Positions 18,863 through 27,602 of a stretch of DNA of 64,000 bases are shown piece after piece; positions within the stretch are counted from its first letter, which is position 1; each line of letters begins with the position of its first letter. Source of the stretch: a virus (lineage: Duplodnaviria; Caudoviricetes); the IMG/VR virus record IMGVR_UViG_2509276065_000002, positions 1 to 64,000 of that record; one strand, written 5' to 3'. Made by a program: the position numbers and the translations under genes. The notes under the pieces are model-generated. The model did not search any database. It had not been told where the DNA came from and saw only the letters and a program-made list of their open reading frames with translations.

Positions 18863-21046
18863 TTACAGATCGTGTATGCGACGCACCCAGTTGCCGTTCG
18901 CGTCTTCCTCTTCGAGCCAGCAGCGGCAGTAGATGCCGCACTGGGTCTTGCCGTCGCCTGGAATGGCGGGCAGGTCCCGAATGGAAGCGTAGACGCCCGC
19001 ATGCCGGGGGCAGTCAGGGCAGTGGCTGGCGAGGTTGTCGAGCACCCAGCGGATGCGGCCGTGCGTGACGTCCGGGTCCTCTTCGCGCTGCATGCGCTTG
19101 TCCACCCAGCCTTCGACGATGGTCGCCCAGTAGTCACCGCCGCCCTGCTTGGTCACGTAGCCCATTCTGACCTGGATGAGGCCGTGCAGCTCGCTCGCCG
19201 TGGCGCCGGGCAGGTCTGTGGCGATCTTCTGCCCGACTGTGGCGATCGTGCGGGCCAGTCCTTCCTCGAGGAGCTTGAGCCGCTCAGCGAGGGTGGCCAG
19301 GCTGTCTGGTGTGGGGGTGGGGCCGAGGCCGAGGGTGTAACCGGCCGGGATGGCTTCACGGTACGCGGTGAGGGCCAGCTTCTGCAGTTGCCGCAGTCGG
19401 GACTCCAGCACGGCCGGACGCTCGACGTCGATCACGTCAGCGAGGGCTTTCGCGGTCCCTTTCGACCAGGTCTCGTACAGCTCGCCGAGGAGTTCCTGGA
19501 AGGCTTTCGTCTGCGTCTCCCACTCGCGGCCGTGTGTGGCTTTGCGCACGCCGGGCACATCGAGGTCGAAGGTGTGAACCTTGGGGACCTTGGCCGTGGC
19601 CTGAATCGCTGCTGGAGCTGCAGCGGCGTGCCCGGGCTGGTCGCTCCCGGCGCCCTGGGCCGTCACGCCGTCCCCGATTTCCGAAGCGAGCACCGGCACG
19701 CCGAGTTCCTTGGCGAGAGCCTCGGTGTCGACCTTGAGGGCGCCGGGATTGTACATCAGCACCTGACCGAGGAACTGCTTGAAGAAATCCTGCAGGAAGC
19801 TCTTGTTGCCCTGGCTGAGCTTCACCGGCGCGAAGGAGGCGTCGACCACGGAGGATCCGAAGTTGTAGTCGATCAAGGGGCGCGCCCAGCTGGCCGCGAT
19901 GAACTCCAGCATCTCGGCGGCGAGGGCCTCTTCGGACATCAGGAAGAAGTCCGCGAGGCTCTCGACCATCGCGAAGCTGCCGCCACCCTGGCCACTCGCG
20001 ATGAGCTTCTCGGGGACGAACATGGCGCGCAGTTTCTTGAAGTCGTAGTGATCGAGCAGCGTGATGAACTCGCCGGCCTTCTGCGGGCCGGTGAGGTACT
20101 CCATGTCCCAGCCCTTCTGGTAACTGAGGCTCTCGCCGTTCTGCACTTCCTGCAAGGGGAAGGCGATGGCACTGCCGGCCCGGCTGTCCTCGGCGACACG
20201 TAGGGCGTCAGCGAGGGCGAGGTCCACGTACGCGCTCTCGGGGTTGTTGGGGTCGGAGACTCGCAGGTCGGGCTCGTAAAAGACTTTGCGCTGCGGGATC
20301 GCCTGGTCTTCCATGTAGCGGTTGCTGAACTGGTAGAGCAGCTGCTGCCACCACCAGTACTTGTACGCCGCGCGCGTGCGGGGGTTGCCGTAGCGGTTCC
20401 CGAACTGCTCGTCGTGCGTATAGATCAGCGCCTTGTCTTCAGGGACGTCCGCGCGACCGCCGCTGGTCTGCTTGAAACCCAGGCCTTCGCCGCGCTCTCC
20501 GGTGATCAGTTCGATCGCCGCGGGGTGCATCCACTTGAGCTTCTCGTACACCACGGCGTTCCCGGACCACAAAGTGCGGCCACGGCGCTGAATGGTGGTG
20601 TCCTTGTACGTGAAGACCTTCTCGGCGGCCGCGAAGCCGAACTCGAGGGCGCGCAGGATGTTGCGCATCAGGCGCAGGCGGTTGCGGTCGAATTCGTGCT
20701 GCAGGAACTCGCGCACTTCCGGCTCGGGGTGCACGACCTCGGGGCGCAGCGTGAGGATCGGCAGCTTGATGATCTCCAGCCCGGCCTTCACCTGCCCGTC
20801 GAGCGCCAGGCGTTCGAGTGTCACGGGATCGAGGCGTGTGAGGACGCCTTTGCGCGGGTCTTCGATCTGGGTGTAGTAGCGGCCGGTGGTCTGCACTTGC
20901 GGATCCTGCCGGCCGGTGAGTTCCCCTTTGGGTGGCCGGGTCAGGCGGCTGTCAGCGGCTTCGAAGAGTCGAGCGGCGCGGGAGCTGCCGAGCGTCAGCG
21001 TGAGCTCCGCGCGTTCGGTGCTGGAGAGCTGCAGTTCTTTGGTCAT
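18863..21046 (-). CDS. Portal protein (Mu gp29/DUF935-like) fused to a minor-head gpF-like C-terminal domain
   Basis: ALEFGFAAAEKV, YGNP...AYKYWW motifs; C-terminal W...HCPDC...PGDGKTQCGIYCRC. Confidence 0.88.
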   Translation of the reverse strand: MTKELQLSSTERAELTLTLGSSRAARLFEAADSRLTRPPKGELTGRQDPQVQTTGRYYTQIEDPRKGVLTRLDPVTLERLALDGQVKAGLEIIKLPILTLRPEVVHPEPEVREFLQHEFDRNRLRLMRNILRALEFGFAAAEKVFTYKDTTIQRRGRTLWSGNAVVYEKLKWMHPAAIELITGERGEGLGFKQTSGGRADVPEDKALIYTHDEQFGNRYGNPRTRAAYKYWWWQQLLYQFSNRYMEDQAIPQRKVFYEPDLRVSDPNNPESAYVDLALADALRVAEDSRAGSAIAFPLQEVQNGESLSYQKGWDMEYLTGPQKAGEFITLLDHYDFKKLRAMFVPEKLIASGQGGGSFAMVESLADFFLMSEEALAAEMLEFIAASWARPLIDYNFGSSVVDASFAPVKLSQGNKSFLQDFFKQFLGQVLMYNPGALKVDTEALAKELGVPVLASEIGDGVTAQGAGSDQPGHAAAAPAAIQATAKVPKVHTFDLDVPGVRKATHGREWETQTKAFQELLGELYETWSKGTAKALADVIDVERPAVLESRLRQLQKLALTAYREAIPAGYTLGLGPTPTPDSLATLAERLKLLEEGLARTIATVGQKIATDLPGATASELHGLIQVRMGYVTKQGGGDYWATIVEGWVDKRMQREEDPDVTHGRIRWVLDNLASHCPDCPRHAGVYASIRDLPAIPGDGKTQCGIYCRCWLEEEDANGNWVRRIHDL

Positions 21047-21120
21047 GGTGGTGCTTCACCTCCTTTCGGTTGGCGGGAAGGCTGGAAAGGTAGGCGAGGT
21101 ACGAGGAGCGGGTGAGGGTG

Positions 21121-22818
21121 TCACCCGTGGCACGAGGGCGACGCGCGAAGCGTGCGGCGATCTTCGCCCACGCTTCGCGCCAGCGGCGACCGAATTCTCT
21201 GGCCCAATCGAGCAGCGCCTGGTGAAGGGGTGTACGGTCGTGCACGTCGTGTTCCTCCAAAAGTCCCGGTGGGTGTGGTGCTGGCCCGGCCGATCGTGCC
21301 GGCCCGGTTTGGTTTGGGTCGCTCGTTCACTTCACCGAGCAGCCAGTTGTAGGCGGTGGTGTCCACCTGGTCATCGTTCTTGTCCTTGTCGGTGCCGGTG
21401 AAGCGCGCGTGCTCGGTCACGAAGGCCGCGCGGTCCCACTGGACGTGCTCTGCTTTCGGAACGCGGATGGCGCCGCGGTTCCAGGCGGCCGAGGCGGGCA
21501 GGGCGCGGGTGTACTTGTCACCCATGGTTCGCGGGTTGAGTCGGTTCGTCCGGAGGCCGCGCTTCTCCAGGTACTTCACGACGGCCACCTGGTTCATGAC
21601 GCACTCGATGGCCACCTCGACACCCCAGGTCTTCTGCACGGCGAGGGTCTGCTCGAGCAGTTCGTCGAGATCCCACTGGCCACGCCGGACGTCGATGATG
21701 TCCATGCGGTGCTCGACGCCCGTGCCCCAGTGCGCGGCGACTTCGATGGTGGTGAAGTCGGCGGTGCTGCTGTCGCTCGCACCCTGGTCGCACACGACGG
21801 TGATGCGCGCGCCGAGGCTGCGCAGGGCCTGCGGGGTGTAGACGTTCGGGTACTCAGCGGGCGCGTCGCTGAAGACGTTGCCGCCCTTGAGGTAGGGCCG
21901 CTGCTGGAACTGCGCGGCCCAGTCGTACTCACCGACGAGTTTGCGGATCCCGTTGTACCGCTCGCTCGGGAAGCGCTCAGGCCACAAGCCCTCGCCTTCC
22001 TGGCGTCCGAGCGGGTCAGCTTCCTCAGCGGTCGGTTCGGCAATCGCGGGCAGGCTGACCACCTTCCAGTTGAAGGCACCGAACTCCGGATCCTGCCGGT
22101 TCTCCAGCAGCCACCCTGTGAGGTCCTCCGTGTGCCAGCGCGTCTGGATGATGATGATGCGCGCGTTCGGAGCGAGACGCGTGAAGGCGTCACCCTTGAA
22201 CCAGTCGATCACCATCTGCCGGATCTTCCCGCTCTCGGCCTGCTTGCGGCCTTTGATCGGGTCATCGACGATCAGCAGGTGCGCGCCTTTTCCGGTAAGG
22301 GAGCCATCCACACCGGACGCGAGGAAGCCGCCGTCTTCAGCGGTTTTCCACTCGGTGACTTTCTTCTGGTCAGCGGCGAGACGGAAGGTGGGAAAGAACT
22401 TCCGGAAGGTCTTGCTGGTCCGGACGTAGTTGCGGATCTTGCGGCTGCGTTCGGTGGCCAGCTGGGAGCCGTAGCAGGTGTACATCACTTCGTGGTCGGG
22501 ATTCTGGCCCATGTACCGCTCGATGAACGCGCCGACCGTCTCGCTCTTGGAGTGGCGGGGTGGCATGTTGATGATCAAGGCCTCGTTCGGACCGAGCTGG
22601 TCGAGCTCACGGCACAGCAGCTCGATGTGTCGGCCGACGGTGTACTTCGGGTACCGGGCGCGGTAGTACTCCTCAAGGGTAACGTCCTGGCCTTCGTTGC
22701 TGGCGTCTTCGAGGCGTGCACGCCTCAGGGCGTCAGCTGCCGGGTTTGCCGAGGACGGGGATGGTGGCCCAGCGTCGCTCGACGTTTTCGAGAAGCTTGG
22801 TGCGCGTAGCTGGGTCAC
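21121..22818 (-). CDS. terL: Terminase large subunit
   Basis: MPPRHSKS (Walker A), LTGKGAHLLIVDDP, IQTRWH.EDL, DDQVD nuclease motif. Confidence 0.95.
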   Translation of the reverse strand: MTQLRAPSFSKTSSDAGPPSPSSANPAADALRRARLEDASNEGQDVTLEEYYRARYPKYTVGRHIELLCRELDQLGPNEALIINMPPRHSKSETVGAFIERYMGQNPDHEVMYTCYGSQLATERSRKIRNYVRTSKTFRKFFPTFRLAADQKKVTEWKTAEDGGFLASGVDGSLTGKGAHLLIVDDPIKGRKQAESGKIRQMVIDWFKGDAFTRLAPNARIIIIQTRWHTEDLTGWLLENRQDPEFGAFNWKVVSLPAIAEPTAEEADPLGRQEGEGLWPERFPSERYNGIRKLVGEYDWAAQFQQRPYLKGGNVFSDAPAEYPNVYTPQALRSLGARITVVCDQGASDSSTADFTTIEVAAHWGTGVEHRMDIIDVRRGQWDLDELLEQTLAVQKTWGVEVAIECVMNQVAVVKYLEKRGLRTNRLNPRTMGDKYTRALPASAAWNRGAIRVPKAEHVQWDRAAFVTEHARFTGTDKDKNDDQVDTTAYNWLLGEVNERPKPNRAGTIGRASTTPTGTFGGTRRARPYTPSPGAARLGQRIRSPLARSVGEDRRTLRASPSCHG

Positions 22819-23461
22819 TGATCACCTCCTGGGTGGCGTGGAGTACTTCGACGGCGAACTGCTCGAGCAGGTGGTTGACGGCCGCCATGCTGAGCGATTG
22901 CTGCTGCTTGTGTTTCTGGATGCGGTCCGCCATCGCGCCGACCTGCCCGAGCAAGCCCACGACGCCGGCGATGTCCGGGACCTGGCGCGGCTTGGGGGCG
23001 TACTTCTCTGGGAGGGGCAGTTCGGGTGGTTCGCCTTCCTCGTACCCGAGGTGCTGGCATTCCTCGATCCACTCGGCGAAGGCTTTGCGCCACTCGCGCA
23101 TGTCACTCTCGAAGGCGTGGTTGAAGCTGGCGTGCCACGCGAGAATCGCGTCCGTCACCAGGCCGTGCCGGTCGAGGTAGTCGTGCACGACGGCGCGCAT
23201 CAGCAGCACGTCCTGCGTCAGGTCGAGCGGATCGGGATCCTGCTCTGCCTGCTCGAGCAGTTCACGCAGCCGGGCATGCTTGAGCAGGCTGTACCGGCCG
23301 TGCTTCACCGGGGTCTTGCCGCCGTGCAGGTAGCATTTGCCCTGGCTGGGGTGGTCAGTCTTGAAGCCCGCCGCGTTCCGGCACGTCGCTTCCTTCCCGC
23401 GCAGCTTGGCGCCGCAGAGGGGGGAACCTCCATAGGGTTCCGTGCGCTCTCTCTTCTTCAT
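22733..23461 (-). CDS. Terminase small subunit (HGGxSTG-like N-terminus)
   Basis: CGAK....TC...CYLHGG..PVKHGRYS; directly upstream of terL. Confidence 0.8.
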   Translation of the reverse strand: MKKRERTEPYGGSPLCGAKLRGKEATCRNAAGFKTDHPSQGKCYLHGGKTPVKHGRYSLLKHARLRELLEQAEQDPDPLDLTQDVLLMRAVVHDYLDRHGLVTDAILAWHASFNHAFESDMREWRKAFAEWIEECQHLGYEEGEPPELPLPEKYAPKPRQVPDIAGVVGLLGQVGAMADRIQKHKQQQSLSMAAVNHLLEQFAVEVLHATQEVISDPATRTKLLENVERRWATIPVLGKPGS

Positions 23462-23549
23462 AGGGTATCGACATCACCTGCTTCGCGCCCATGAAGAAGC
23501 CCCACCGAAGTGGGGGCTCTTGGGGGTCGATTTACTCTTCTGGTGCGTT

Positions 23550-23795
23550 TTACTCTTCTGGTGCGTTCTTTCGGTGGTGAATGCGGTACAGCAAGCGCTC
23601 CACGATGATCTGCGCTCCGGAGTGGTGTGCGCGCGGGCTCGTGGTGACCTGGTGCTCCGCTCCACTGGTATCTCTGATCACCACGTGATGACCTGGGCCC
23701 TCGCTTCCAACGATGTCCACCGAGACGATGTGGTTGAGAAGGACGAGTTCACCGGTGCTGGTCTCGACGACTGTTTGCTCAATGATGTTTTCCAC
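23550..23795 (-). CDS. Hypothetical protein, probably leaderless
   Basis: TAAGCT seven nt before GTG 23795; followed by a hairpin. Confidence 0.5.
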   Translation of the reverse strand: MENIIEQTVVETSTGELVLLNHIVSVDIVGSEGPGHHVVIRDTSGAEHQVTTSPRAHHSGAQIIVERLLYRIHHRKNAPEE

Positions 23796-23867
23796 GTCGA
23801 GCAGCTTAACAACAGCCCCCCGAATGGCTGTCAAGAGGGAGCGCAAAAACGCGCATCAGGACAGAGT

Positions 23868-24185
23868 CTATCGGAGAGGTGTGCTCGGGACTGGTCGGCC
23901 TCGCCGGGCTTTGCAGCTGGTGCAGACGGTCGTGCCGGGCCCGTGGCTGGTGCGCTTCTCTCCGCAGTCGGGGCAGGGATCGACGAAGACGATGCGGGTG
24001 CGGCCATTGTGGCCGTGGATCTGCTCGACGTCGCTGATAGAGTCGTAGAAGGCGTTGCTGCAGGGTGGGACGAGCCAGCGCATGGCGACGCGGCCGTCCG
24101 TGAAGATCACGCCCTCGACGACGGTGCCGGTGCCGCTGCTGCCGCTGACGTCTTCATCACGGATGAGGTGGAAGCGTTTCGTCAT
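23868..24185 (-). CDS. Conserved phage hypothetical protein with C-terminal Zn ribbon
   Basis: RFHLIRDEDVSG.SGTG.V.EGV.F.DG motif; CPDC/CTSC. Confidence 0.75.
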   Translation of the reverse strand: MTKRFHLIRDEDVSGSSGTGTVVEGVIFTDGRVAMRWLVPPCSNAFYDSISDVEQIHGHNGRTRIVFVDPCPDCGEKRTSHGPGTTVCTSCKARRGRPVPSTPLR

Positions 24186-24360
24186 GGACTCCCCGGAGGG
24201 GCTGGCGGCCCCATGGTGCGTTGAGGACCCAGATCAGGTTCTGGATCGGCGTGCCGTCGACGTCGGCGAGCTGCAGGGCTGCGTTGACAGCAGTGAGTTG
24301 GCCGCGGTCGTAGGCGAGCAGGATCCGCTCCCGCTCTGCCAGGCGCTCGGAGCGCGTCAC
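24157..24360 (-). CDS. Hypothetical protein
   Basis: GTGA-coupled small ORF. Confidence 0.45.
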   Translation of the reverse strand: MTRSERLAERERILLAYDRGQLTAVNAALQLADVDGTPIQNLIWVLNAPWGRQPLRGVHDETLPPHP

Positions 24361-24551
24361 CGTGGCCGCACCAGGTGGTGACGGTAGTGCGGGTCGGTGT
24401 CGCGGATGGGCAGGAAGTTCAGCGAGTGGGCGAGTTGCTCGAGGCTGGTCGTTTCGATGAACTCTCGCTCGGTTTCCGGTCTGAGGCGGGCTTTGCGGCC
24501 AGCGTGGAGGCGCGCCCGGGCCGCTTGCTTTTTGCGTTTGCGTCGGCTCAT
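24357..24551 (-). CDS. Small basic protein, first gene of the late operon
   Basis: AGGAGG RBS; MSRRKRKK. Confidence 0.55.
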   Translation of the reverse strand: MSRRKRKKQAARARLHAGRKARLRPETEREFIETTSLEQLAHSLNFLPIRDTDPHYRHHLVRPR

Positions 24552-24685
24552 GGCGGTCCTCCTGGTTGCCCTATTGGGCGTTTCTGGTGTTTCCCCGCGG
24601 GGAACGCCCGGACTGCTTCCTGCAGGGAGCAGGGAGGGTGCCGGGCGTGGGGTGTGTGCCTGGAGTTGGCGGTCGTGCCGGAGGC

Positions 24686-24712
24686 AATGAAAAAGCGCCC
24701 TCAGGGGGCGCT
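24686..24712 (-). terminator. Terminator just downstream of the late promoter
   Basis: AGCGCCC/GGGCGCT stem plus TTTTTCATTG. Confidence 0.7.
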
Positions 24713-24735
24713 GGTGTCCTCGGGGACGATACCTC

Positions 24736-24764
24736 AATGTAGGCTTTCTGAGTCAAGCATTCAA
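24736..24764 (-). promoter_or_regulatory. Putative late promoter
   Basis: TTGAAT-N17-TACATT on the minus strand. Confidence 0.6.
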
Positions 24765-24781
24765 GCGTCTTTAACTGTGAC

Positions 24782-25681
24782 TCATGTTACAGGCCGGACA
24801 CGGCGGGCTCGGCCGGAGTAGGCCGGTGCCAGTTGCTCGACCGGCACGCACTCTTCCTCGTCGATGTCCGGGGCGACAAGGATGACCAAGGGCTTCACCC
24901 GGGGCTTCTCTGCCAGGAGGCTCACGCCCAGCAGCAGCAGCCTCGCCAGGTTCTCCCAGGCACGCATCGCCGTAGCGTTGGGATCGAGGTCCTGGAAGTA
25001 CTGACGCAGGGCCACCTTGTCCTGAGGCTCGAGGTTGAAGAAGGCGACGCGGTACTGGGCGGTGGTGATGTCGCGCTGACAGCCGATCGTCAGGACGCGG
25101 CTGTCCGTCATGACGGTGGTGCGGACGCTGATGCGGATCTGGCCGCGGTCCGGGTACCCGCGCGACTCTCCCGGCCGGCCATAGGTGGCGTTCGGCATCA
25201 CGAGCGGCTCCCACAGGCCCTGGGTGATCTTGTCGGCCAGCTGGTACACGATGACCGTGAAGAGGATCTCGCTCTGGGTCTTCTGCCGGCGCGTGACGAC
25301 CGGCGCCGCGGGGTCCGGGGTGTGCCGGGCGATGACGCTCAGCGGCACCAGCTCGCGCTCGACCGGAGTGTGGTCCCGTTCGGGGTACGGCGTCGTGCGG
25401 CCCCACACGTTACGTGGCACGTGGGTCAGCTGCGCCTGGCCGACCGTCAGGGCGTGCCCGTCCGGGAACTGCACGCGGACGCTGGGGTTCTTCGCCTCGA
25501 GGTTCGGGGCGCGCAGGATCGAGACGCGCTGCCCGGCCCGCTCGGCGTGCTGGCTGGTCTCGCGTGGCGCGAAGATCCACTCTGTGCCCACCGTGAAGTC
25601 GGCCAGGCGGCGGACACGGCGTTGGCGAGTGACGAGTTGCGCCTGGATGTTGGGGGGTGGGCGCACGGCGGCCATGGTCAT
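24782..25681 (-). CDS. Hypothetical protein at the late-regulator position
   Basis: Last early gene, directly before the late promoter. Confidence 0.55.
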   Translation of the reverse strand: MTMAAVRPPPNIQAQLVTRQRRVRRLADFTVGTEWIFAPRETSQHAERAGQRVSILRAPNLEAKNPSVRVQFPDGHALTVGQAQLTHVPRNVWGRTTPYPERDHTPVERELVPLSVIARHTPDPAAPVVTRRQKTQSEILFTVIVYQLADKITQGLWEPLVMPNATYGRPGESRGYPDRGQIRISVRTTVMTDSRVLTIGCQRDITTAQYRVAFFNLEPQDKVALRQYFQDLDPNATAMRAWENLARLLLLGVSLLAEKPRVKPLVILVAPDIDEEECVPVEQLAPAYSGRARRVRPVT

Positions 25682-26076
25682 CGGGTCTCCATTTCCTGGG
25701 CGATCAAGAGGGCTTCTTCGACGGTCCAGGCGACGAAGATTGGCAGACCGGCGCGGCGCAGTTCAGCGTGCCGCGCCAGCTGCTCCGGGGTGGGCCCGTT
25801 GCCGGGCTGCTTGAGTTCCAGCCAGAAGGCCCGGCCGGGCCGGAAGACGTACAGGTCGGGGATTCCTGTGGTGCACCAGATGGCGCCGCCGCGCGTGCTG
25901 CCCTTGAACAACTCCCAGCAGATCCAGCCGAGGTTTCCGAACTCGGCAACGATGTCCGCCTGCAGCTCGCGCTCGGTGGCGCTCGGGCCTGTTGGGACCG
26001 GCGTGGCAACGCTCTCTTCGGGAGCGAAGAGATGTGGGTGTTTGCGCTTGTACCGGGCGAGCTGGTCTTCGTTCAT
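25678..26076 (-). CDS. VRR-NUC domain nuclease
   Basis: E.ELQ..I, GIPDL, WLELK.PG..PT.EQ motifs. Confidence 0.9.
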   Translation of the reverse strand: MNEDQLARYKRKHPHLFAPEESVATPVPTGPSATERELQADIVAEFGNLGWICWELFKGSTRGGAIWCTTGIPDLYVFRPGRAFWLELKQPGNGPTPEQLARHAELRRAGLPIFVAWTVEEALLIAQEMETR

Positions 26077-26269
26077 CGGGCCTCAATAAATGAAGTGAGT
26101 TACGGGCGAGGCTTGAGGGGACTCTCAGGGATACTCATATGTTAAGGCCGAAAAAGGTTGTTGTCTCTATGGAAACAAACAAGCTCATAAACAGCGTCAG
26201 ATTCTTTAGGTGATCGAACCGTGAAACCCTCTCGTCAGCGCCTGAGTCACACTGAATTCGGAGGCTCCC

Positions 26270-26470
26270 TTGAAAAAATTCGTACTCGTCCCGCTGCTGA
26301 TCGTGATCACCGCCTGCGCGCCCAGCGCGTCGTATGGCGGCGGCCCCAACTGCACCATCGGCAAGCCCTGCGGAAACACCTGCATCTCGCGCGACAAGAC
26401 CTGCCGGATCGGTGACGCCGACATCGCTGAAGAACTGCTGACCGAGCACCCCGGCATCACGGGCACCTGA
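26270..26470 (+). CDS. Small Cys-rich lipoprotein (moron)
   Basis: GGAGG RBS, TTG start, lipobox ITAC, C.IGKPCGNTCISRDKTC. Confidence 0.75.
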   Translation: MKKFVLVPLLIVITACAPSASYGGGPNCTIGKPCGNTCISRDKTCRIGDADIAEELLTEHPGITGT

Positions 26471-26528
26471 ACGGGCCAGCCACCAACCCTCGTCGTCAAC
26501 TGAACCAATGCCCTAACACCTCTCCTAC

Positions 26529-26825
26529 TCAGTCGCTTTCGACCGGGTACAGGTGGTCGCACAGGCTGTCTACGCTGATCTCGTAGAACCGGGCGAACCA
26601 CACGAGCTGGCGTGCCATGACGTTCTGACGCCCACTCTCGATGTGCGATAGTCCCGAGCGGACGAAGAGCCCACCGCTGGCTTCCACGACTTCCTCTTGT
26701 GACAGGTCGTGCTGCTGACGGAGGGCACGCAGTTTCGAGCCCAGCACCTCGTCGCCTCGCTCGCCGCCTTTGCCTTCGCGTGCGGGCTTCTCTCGGAGTT
26801 CCGAAATCTTCTTTGCGGTCAGCAT
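26529..26825 (-). CDS. XRE-family HTH protein
   Basis: LGSKLRALRQQHDLSQEEV...LSHIESGR. Confidence 0.85.
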   Translation of the reverse strand: MLTAKKISELREKPAREGKGGERGDEVLGSKLRALRQQHDLSQEEVVEASGGLFVRSGLSHIESGRQNVMARQLVWFARFYEISVDSLCDHLYPVESD

Positions 26826-26841
26826 CGTCGTTCCTCTCAAG

Positions 26842-27174
26842 TCAGTCGGCCGCTTCGAGCAGCTGGAGCTCTTCAGGTGCGCTCCAACCACGAGGCTTCC
26901 GGACGGGTGTCTTCATGCGATCGATGCGGTCGAGCGCTTCCCAGCCTCCCACGGCGCCTCCCAGGAAAAGCAGGGTGGCCACGGCGAGCTGTCCTGGGTT
27001 CTCGATGCCGCCAGAGCCGTCCTCCATTTCGCTCCGCCGGCGAGTTGTGCGGCCAGGCCGGACTGATGTGGCGTCCAGGAAGCCGGCGCACATGGGCAGC
27101 CAGCACAGGAACAGCGTGATGCCGGTGAGGGTGCGCAGGAACAGCTTGCTGGGCGTGGCGCTGTAGAGGATCAC
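26842..27174 (-). CDS. Membrane protein
   Basis: Two hydrophobic segments; coupled. Confidence 0.5.
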   Translation of the reverse strand: MILYSATPSKLFLRTLTGITLFLCWLPMCAGFLDATSVRPGRTTRRRSEMEDGSGGIENPGQLAVATLLFLGGAVGGWEALDRIDRMKTPVRKPRGWSAPEELQLLEAAD

Positions 27175-27602
27175 TGCGTGCCGCCCTGCGGGCGGCTGAG
27201 GCCCTGCTGGCGTTCGTCGACCGTGGCGTAATGCTGCTCGAGCAGGTGCAGCTTCGTCAGCAGGCTCGGCAGGCGCACCCGTTCCTTGATTTCGACGTAG
27301 CGCAGCGCGGCCTCCACGCGCTCATCCGGATCGCTCGACGGATTGCTGGAGTAACGCAGCGCGCTCTCGGCAGCTTCGTAGAGGGCCATCTGACAGCAAT
27401 CCTCACGACGGCGGGTGTAGGTGTGCTCACGGATCGTCACGGTCACACCCTCGGCACGGCAGTGCGGGCACTCGGCCTGTTGTGCCGGGCTGACAGGGCG
27501 AGGCTTCTTGACTTCGCGGTGCTGCAGCGAGGTGGCCAGCGCCTGCGCGGCGACCGGGTGGCGCCTCAGGACATCCCACACCGACTCGGCTTCCTGGGTC
27601 AC
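27171..27602 (-). CDS. Cys-containing protein after the replication initiator (possible helicase-loader partner)
   Basis: CPHC...DCC; coupled to the initiator gene. Confidence 0.55.
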   Translation of the reverse strand: MTQEAESVWDVLRRHPVAAQALATSLQHREVKKPRPVSPAQQAECPHCRAEGVTVTIREHTYTRRREDCCQMALYEAAESALRYSSNPSSDPDERVEAALRYVEIKERVRLPSLLTKLHLLEQHYATVDERQQGLSRPQGGTQ

